Assembly: GCA_014905635.1 (NCBI GenBank)
Contig: JABVCE010000011.1
Location: 372,001-436,000, forward strand
Length of the DNA stretch: 64,000 nucleotides
Source: Scenedesmus sp. PABB004
Taxonomy: Eukaryota
Direction of reading: 5' to 3'
The position numbers and the translations under genes are program-made. Below, piece after piece: positions 57,039 through 64,000 of this stretch (its first letter is position 1; every line of letters begins with the position of its first letter). Under the pieces are notes generated by a model. It saw nothing but the letters and a program-made list of their open reading frames with translations. It made no database searches and had not been told where the DNA came from.

Positions 57039-59793
57039 CTAGGCGCCGCTGCCGCCGCCGGCCGCGAGGCGCACGTCGCGCGGCGCGCCGTGGTCGTCGT
57101 ACAGGATGTCCACCGGCGCGCCGCCCGCGTCGAGGCTGAGCCGCCCCGCCTGCAGGATGGCCGTCACAGCGAGCGTGCGGCTCGCGAGCGCCAGCACGCC
57201 CTCCTGCGCACGGCGCGGCGCGCGGCGCGCGGCCCGCGCGCCGCGCGGCGGTCCGCGTGGGAGGCTTCCTCGCGCGCGAGCGGCGCGGCAGCGGCGCGCG
57301 CCCGCCGGCGACGCGCCTGCTCGTACGTCGCCACGCTCGCGCGGCCCGCGTTGATCGCCGCCGCGGCGTCCAGGAAGGCGGCGATACTCAGGTAGCCGTA
57401 GCCGCCCTGGCCAGCGAAGAAGCCCGCGGCGTCCGGCGTGTACCTGCGCGGCGCGCGGCGGCGCGGAGCGCGGCGGGCGGCGGGCTCGGGCGCCGCCGGC
57501 GAGCATGCCACCTCGGACCCGCCCTCCCGCACGTCGAACGCATGCCCACCGACAGCCACGCCCACACCCACACCCACCCACACACAGCCACACCCACACC
57601 ACAGACGCAGTCCCACGCAGTCACACGCACCCCCACCCACACACAGCCTCACCGCATGTACAGCGGGTTGAGCGCGGCGTAGCCCGACTCGTCTGTCGCG
57701 GTGTTGTACCCCCGGTGCGCCTGGTCGGCGTGCAGCTCGCCGCGCTGGCCCATGTAGTGGAGGTGCTGCCGCGTGTGGCACTCGCCCTGCACGCGACGCG
57801 TGGCGCGACGACGCGGCGCGGCGCGCGCGTCGGGCTCTCGCGCGCTGGCGGGCGGGCGCGTGCGGGCCCGCGCGCCGGCCTGCGCGGCCGGGCGCAGCGC
57901 GCGGCGCGGCGGGGCGAGTGCCACGCGCGGTCGCGCCTTGGGCGCGATCCAGGACGCGGTGTAGATGGCGGTGCCGGTGGACCCGCCTTCGCGGTTGGCC
58001 CACTGCACGCTCAGCGTGATGGTGTCCTCGCACGCCCGCTCGAGCTTGGCCTCCGCCACGCCTGCGGTGCGGGGCGCGTGGGCGACGAGGGAGGGAGGGA
58101 GGGCCGGCGCGCGGCGCGCGGCGCGCGGCGGCGGCGGGCGCGGCGCGCGGCGGCGGCGGGCGCGGCGCGCGGCGCGCGGCCTCGCCTGTCGCGGCGAGCG
58201 CGGTGACGCGTGTCGGGTGCGCGGCGTGGCCGACAAACCAGTTGTGGATGTCGATGTGGTGGGAGTTGAGGTAAAAGTTGATGTCGCTGCTGCGCCCCGC
58301 CCACGCCCTGGGCGCAGCGGGGCGGCCGGCAGCGCGAGCGCGTCGCGCGCGCGCCGCGCCGCCGCACAACCCGCCGCCCGCCCTGTGCGCCCTGCGCTCG
58401 CCTGAAGGTGTCGAGCTGCTGCTTGGGCTGGGCCATGTAGGAGTAGTAGTATGAGAAGGGCCCCAGGCTGCGCGCGCGGTTGCGCGCGTCTGCGTAGATG
58501 GGGTCGAAGCGCTTGTGGTACTCCACAGCGAGCTGGCGGGGAGGGCGGGAGGGAGTGGGCGTGGGCGGGCGTGGGCGGGCGAGTGTGGCGGAGGGAGGGC
58601 GAGTGTGGGCGCAGGCGTGGGTGGTCGGACGGCGGGTGTGCGGGCGTGGCCGTGGGCGGGCGCGTGCGCGCGCGCGCGCGCGCGCGCCGGCGGCGCGCGC
58701 CGCGCCGCGCGCGCACCAGCACGTTGTGGCGCTTCGCCGCCGCGACGAGCTCCGCGTGCTGCGACAGCGTCTTGACGAGCGGCTTGGCCACGAGCACGTG
58801 CAGCCCCGCGGCGAGCGCGGAGCCCGCGATGGCCGCGTGGGTGTCGTCCGGCGTGAAGATGATGGCGACGTCCCCCGGCTTCATCGTCGCGATCGCCTGC
58901 GGGCGGCGGCAGGCGGCGGCCAGGTCAGCGCGTGGGCGGGTGGGTGCGGCGGCGCGCGGGTGGGTGTGGGTGTGGTTCGCACCCGAGCAGCAACCGCTGC
59001 TCGGGTGCGAACGCGCGGCCCGCGCGGGTCGGCCGCCGCGGGACGTGCCGCCGCCGCCGCAGGCTGCGTCCGGCTGCGTCCGGCTGCCGGTGCAAGCAGG
59101 GCCCGCCACCACGCGCGACGAGCTCTCCCAGCCCGCGCCCGCTGCCGCGCGCGTCCGCCGCCGCCGCGCCTTGATCGTCGCGTCGGGGTCGTCGTGCACG
59201 TCGTCCGCTGGGAAGCACTCGAGGCTGAGGTCCAGGCCCCGGTACACGCGGCCGATCTTGGCCTCCATCGTCGCGCGCACCGCGGGCATGCGCGTGCCGC
59301 AGCGGTCGCACAGCACCAGGCGCCGCACCTGCGCGCGCGCGCGCGAAAGCGGGCGCGGCGCGGCGGCGCCGCGGTCGGCCGGCGCGGGCGCGGGCGCGCT
59401 GCTCCGCGTGGGCTGGGGGGTTCTGCTGCCACCGGGGCATCTGGGGTGCCCGCCGGGGCGGCTGCTGCGGCGCGGCGCGGCACCTTGCCGAGGCGGCGGA
59501 GATCGAAACACGTGAGCGCGACCACGCCCGCGGGCTTGTCCGCCGCCGCGCCGAACGAGGTCTGCACGAACCTGCGGCGCGTGTTCCGCGGGCAGGGAGC
59601 GACCGGCGCACCGTGGGCGCCGGGCCGGGGCGGGGCGGGGCCCCTGGAGGCCGGCGCGGCGCGGCGCGGCGCCGCCGCCCGCCTGTGGCCGCGCCGCCTG
59701 CGCGCTGCTCGGCCCGGCTCCGCGGGCACCGCACCCGCAAGTGTACTCCCCTGCCCCAACCATCAGCACGTCCACCGGCTCTAGCTCGTGCAT
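57039..59793 (-). CDS. Gfo/Idh/MocA-family NAD(P)-dependent oxidoreductase (D-galacturonate reductase-like)
   Basis: [80 protein letters not shown] and YTASWIAPK. The substrate assignment is tentative. Confidence 0.85.
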
Positions 59794-60434
59794 GGCTGCG
59801 CGCTGGCCGCGGCGGCGGGCGGGAGCAGCAGCGGTGCGGTGCGCGCGTCCCGCCGCAGATCGCAGGGATGTGGCCGTGTGTGTTTCACGCCGCGCCGCAG
59901 GCGTGGGAACGATCCCAGAGCGGACATCGGCGGCGGCACGGCGCGGGCGGCGGCAGGTCGCAGACGGCAACCGCCGAAAGCGGTTCTCTTCATCCCCGCG
60001 CTGGGTGCGCAGGCTGCGCGCGGCGCGCCGGCCCCACCGCACAGTCTCTGCGGTCTCATGCAACTGCTCGCGATCGGCGCCCGCACTGCCACCAGGCCAG
60101 GCACGCCCGCTGCCAAGCGACTCCGGCGGCCGCGAGCGCCCCGGCCCGCTGGGCCTGCTGGGCCTGCTGAGTCGTAGACGTCGTCGAGCATGATTTGTGA
60201 TCTGGCTGCAGCTCCGCTGGCGCGCCTGGCGCCCTGAGCGACCCGAGCGGCGGGTCCGCCGCCAGCAAGCCCCGCGCGGCCACGCAGCCGCCCCCGGTGC
60301 GCGCGGGAGCGAACCCGCCGCGGCATTTGCGGAGCCGTCAGCCCCGGGTGGCGCGCCAAGCAGCGCCGTGCACCGCGCACGCTCAACCGCCGCTCCGCAC
60401 CGCGGCGCAACCGCCGGGGGCGGCTGGCAGCGGG

Positions 60435-61179
60435 ATGGCTGCGCCGGTCAAGGCCGAGCCCTGCCTGGACCTGAGCGATGCGCCCAGCAGCCCAGCAGCG
60501 CAGCGAGCGCTGGCCGCCGCGCTCAAGCGGCGGCAGCCAGCCGGCGACCAAGCGCGTGCCGACACGGCCAGCGCCGAGCAACGGGCGATGCAGGTGGCTG
60601 CCGGGCGGCGCGGCTCGCCCGCGGGCTCGGCTGGCCCGGGCGAGAGCTGACGAGCGCGCGTGCCCCCGCCGGCTCAAATCCCCCCCCCCCCCCCCCCTGT
60701 CGCGCCCGCCGCCGAGCCAGGCCGAGCTGGAGGCGCTGCGCATGCACAACAGCGGCCTGGAGCTGCAGCTGGCGTCCGCGCTGTCCGAGGCGCGGCGGGC
60801 AAGCGAGGCCAACGCCGAGCTGCGGCACCTCGTGGCGTCGCTGCACGGCGTCGGCGGCGCGGCGTCGGCGGCCGCGTCGCCGCTCGTCGCCGGCGGCGCC
60901 TGGCCCAGCGCGCCGGCGCCCGACCCCGCCGACGCGCGGCCGGTGCGCCGCGAGCTGCGCCTGGCGGCCAGCGCGGCAGCGCTGGCCGCGGGCCCGCTCG
61001 GCGCCGGCGCCGCGCGCCGCCACGACCACCACGGCGGCCGGCCGTCGGTCGGCAGCGCGGCGAGCTGGCCGGGCACGCTGCTGGGCGAGCCGCTGCAGCC
61101 TGAGGAGTGTCTCATGGGCGACGAGCAGCCCCACATCAGCAGCGCCGCCGCCGGTCTGCACCCGGCGCGGCAGGCCTGA
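60435..61179 (+). CDS. Hypothetical coiled-coil protein (2 exons)
   Basis: MAAPVKAEP...[48 protein letters not shown] shows a heptad pattern, with a GT-AG intron at ~60594-60720. Confidence 0.6.
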
Positions 61180-61649
61180 CTGACCATCGACATGGTTGAC
61201 GCGCGCGGGCGCACTGTTCTGACGGCAGGACGGCAGGACGCAGGTTGTGGCGGTGTTGGTTGGATGGCTGGGGACCTGTTTGTTTGCTGGCGGCGGCGGT
61301 GCGCCGCCGTCGAGCGGCGCTGCGACGCGCCCCGCTCCGTACCGGCCGGCGCGATTGTGACGGGCCGACGCCGCGGCCGAGCCCCGCCGCAGCCCCCGCC
61401 GCCGCTACTCTCGCTCCGCCGGATTGCCGACTGCAGCAGGCGTGGCCCGCTGGCGCGCCCGCCCCCACGCGCAGCGCGGGCCCCCGCCGGCAGCGGCAGC
61501 GGTCGCCGCCGCTGATCGCGTCGCCGCGCGCACCGGCGGCGCGTACAGCGCCTGGGCGGCCCTCACAGCGCGCTTCGGGCGCTCCTGCGCCGCGGGCGGC
61601 CCGCGCCCGGGCCCCAGCTGCTTCGCGGCGGCGGCGCGTCGCCGCTGCA

Positions 61650-64000
61650 ATGGTGAGCCCCGCGCCCTCAAGCCCTGCAGCCCCGCCCGCTGCACCGGCG
61701 TCACTTTACCCCGCCCCCGGTCCTCTGACGCGCCCGCCCGGCCACGACCGGCCGCAGGCGTGCGCCGCGCCTCGCCACTGGCGCATGTGCAGCGGGCTCG
61801 CGCGCCTGGGGAGCGCCTCCGCGTTCGCACGGCGGCTCGCGGTCCAGCGCGGCGGCGGGGGCGGCCCGCGCAGGGCGGCGCCCGCGGCGGCGTGGCCCGC
61901 CCGCGGCGAGACGCCCGCGCCGGCTCCGGGAGGCGCATTCGCGCGCCCAGGTGCGGCCACGGGCATCCAACGCCCGCCTGCGGCGCGGCAGGCGCTGCTC
62001 ACGCGCAGGGAGCTCGCCGGCGCCGCCAGCGCGCGCGCAACTCACCGACGCTGGCGTCCCACCGTCCGTCGCCCGCGCAGGCGCCGCGCCGAGCCACCGC
62101 GCCCCCTTCCTCGGCTGCGTGCGCCCGGGGCTGCGGCTGGGCGGCCCGCCGGCGAGCCACGCGGCGGCGGCGCTGCCAGCGGGACGGCTGGCCATGCCCC
62201 GCTGCGAGGGCCTGCAGCACCGCCGCCGGCTGGCGAGCAGCACGGCGCCGCCCGGCGGCGATGAGCAGCGCCAGCGCAGCAGCAGTGGCGGCGGCGGCGG
62301 CGGCGGCGGCCAGCGCGGCAGTGTGACCGCGCGCGCCGCGGCGAGCGCGACGTGGGACCAGCCCCACGACCACGGGGCGGCGGGCGACGCGCGCTCGCAC
62401 GGCCACGGCGACGAGGGCGGCAGCTGCGGCTGCGGCGGCGGCGGCGGCGGCGGCGAGCACAGCCACGCGGAGGGGCACGGCCACGGCCACGGCGCGCACA
62501 GCCACGGCGCGCACAGCCACGGCGCGCACGGCCGCGGCCACGCGCACGGCCACGCGCACGGCCACCACCACCACCACGGCGCGGGCGGGCACCACCACCA
62601 CTTCCACACCGACTCGGCCGCACTCAGCAGCAGCCCGCTGCTGAGCGCGCTGGCCAAGACGGGCCTCTTTGGCCTGGCGGAGCACCTCGAGCACCACACC
62701 GCCTACACGGTTGCCTCGGTCTCCGCCTTTGTCGCCGCGCTGCTGCTGCGGCTCGCGGCGGCGCAGGGCCTGCTGACCGCCGCCACCGCGGGTGCGCGCG
62801 CGCGCGCGCTGCCGCGCGCCCCCTGCCGCGCGCCGCGCGCGCGCTCCCGCCTCCCCTCACCCTTCTCTCCCTCCACCTCACCCCTCCCTCTCGCCGTCGT
62901 CGCCCCCACCCACCCACACACACACGCACGCAGCGCTGCTCGCCAAGGCGGCGCTGGGTGTCACGTTTGCGCTGTCGGGCGTGCCGCAGCTCGCCGAGAC
63001 GCTCGGCGCCGCGGCGGCGGGGCGCGTGGACACGCACGTGCTCATGAGCGCCAGCGTGCTGGGCACGCTCTACATGGGCATGGCCCAGGAGGTGCGGCGG
63101 GCCTTGCGGGGCTCAGGGCTCAGCAGGGCTCAGGCTTCAGGGGTTGAGGCGCTCAGGGCTTGGAGCTGAAGGCGGCGCAGACCTTGGAGCTCTTGCGCTC
63201 ACACGCGCGCGCCGCGTCCCCGCCGCGTCCCCGCCGCGTCCCCCCCCCCCCCCCCCGCAGGGCGCGCTGCTGCTGCTGCTCTTCCGTGTGTCGCACCTGC
63301 TCGAGGACCGCCTGACCGCCAAGGCCGCCGGCGGGCTGCAGCGCCTGTTCGACAGCGTGCCCGACACCGCGGCGCTGGTCGAGGTCGAGCCGAGCGGCGC
63401 GCCGCGCGCCGCGACCGCGCGCCAGGTGCGCGCGCTGCGCCCGCCGCGCGCCGCGCGCCGCGCCCGGCGCGCACGCCCGCGGCCCGCGCCGCGCCGCGCC
63501 GCGCGCCCACGGCCCACGGCTCGCACCGCCGCCGCCGCCGCCGCGGCAGGTGCCGGCCGGGGACGTCGCGCTGGGCAGCACGTGCTCGTGCGGCCGGGCG
63601 AGCAGGTGCCGCTGGACGGGACCATCTCCTGGGGCACCGCCAACCTCAGCCTGCAGCACATCAGCGGCGAGGAGCAGCCGGTCCGGCTCGGGCCCGGCCA
63701 GGAGGTACCGGCGGGGTCGCTCAGCACCGACGGCCTGCTCGTCGTGCGCGTGCAGGCGACCGCCGCGGACAGCACGCCCGCGCGCATCGCCCAGATGGCG
63801 GCGCAGGCGCAGGTGGGGCCGCGTGCGCGCGCGGGCGTGCGGGGGCGCGGCGCCTGGGGCGTCCGGGGGGTGGCACCCCTCCCGCAGCAGGCCCAGTGCC
63901 CGCGCCCGCCCGGCCGCTCACCGCCGCCCGCGCGTCGCCGCGTCGCGTCGCCGCCGCCGCAGGCGGCGCGCCCGCAGCTCACGCGCTGGCTCGACGGCGT
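61650..64000 (+). CDS. HMA1: Heavy-metal P1B-type ATPase, chloroplast HMA1-like, truncated at the right window edge
   Basis: Transit-peptide-like exons and a His-rich N-terminus, then VDTHVLM..MGMAQE|GALLLLLFRVSHLLED, VRPGEQVPLDG, QHISGE, VPAGS and DSTPARIAQMAAQAQ|AARPQLTRWLD. Confidence 0.9.

Noticed and set aside
63105..63165. TCAGGGC-like repeats resembling telomeric sequence
   Set aside because: Short, degenerate, intronic and not matching TTTAGGG or TTAGGG.
51782..64000. Metal-homeostasis gene cluster (metallothionein plus HMA1)
   Set aside because: The two genes are separated by three unrelated genes. TGCRCNC-like motifs upstream of the MT are expected by chance in this composition.

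Overview
This is a gene-dense, extremely GC-rich eukaryotic region with many short spliceosomal introns. Gene content (chloroplast-type ClpS and HMA1, plant-type ATG13, TZF and SnRK2-like genes) and TGTAA poly(A) signals point to a chlorophyte green alga nuclear genome. Most long Arg/Ala/Gly-rich ORFs in the supplied track are shadow ORFs, so real genes were rebuilt by hand across introns and their boundaries are approximate. About 24 protein-coding genes are recognisable: an FHA protein, ATG13, two divergent subtilisins, exosome RRP41L/MTR3, a tandem CCCH zinc finger, WDR12/YTM1, RAB3GAP1, an isochorismatase-family hydrolase, YIF1, a CHY/RING ligase, ClpS, FUN14, an LRR protein, a metallothionein, a SnRK2-like kinase, a Gfo/Idh/MocA oxidoreductase, an HMA1-like P1B-ATPase and several small unknown genes. 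There is also a 671-bp tandem repeat. Three observations stand out. (1) A divergent ubiquitin-like gene ending in an exposed GG sits head-to-head with a gene encoding one clear and one probable Ulp1/CE-clan cysteine-protease domain, with a perfect 16-bp inverted repeat between them. (2) Three small secreted-protein genes share the motif GTxGSDFxxxxRxFG and look like peptide precursors. (3) Introns with GC donors are unusually frequent. Several single-base frameshifts in G/C runs look like assembly errors.
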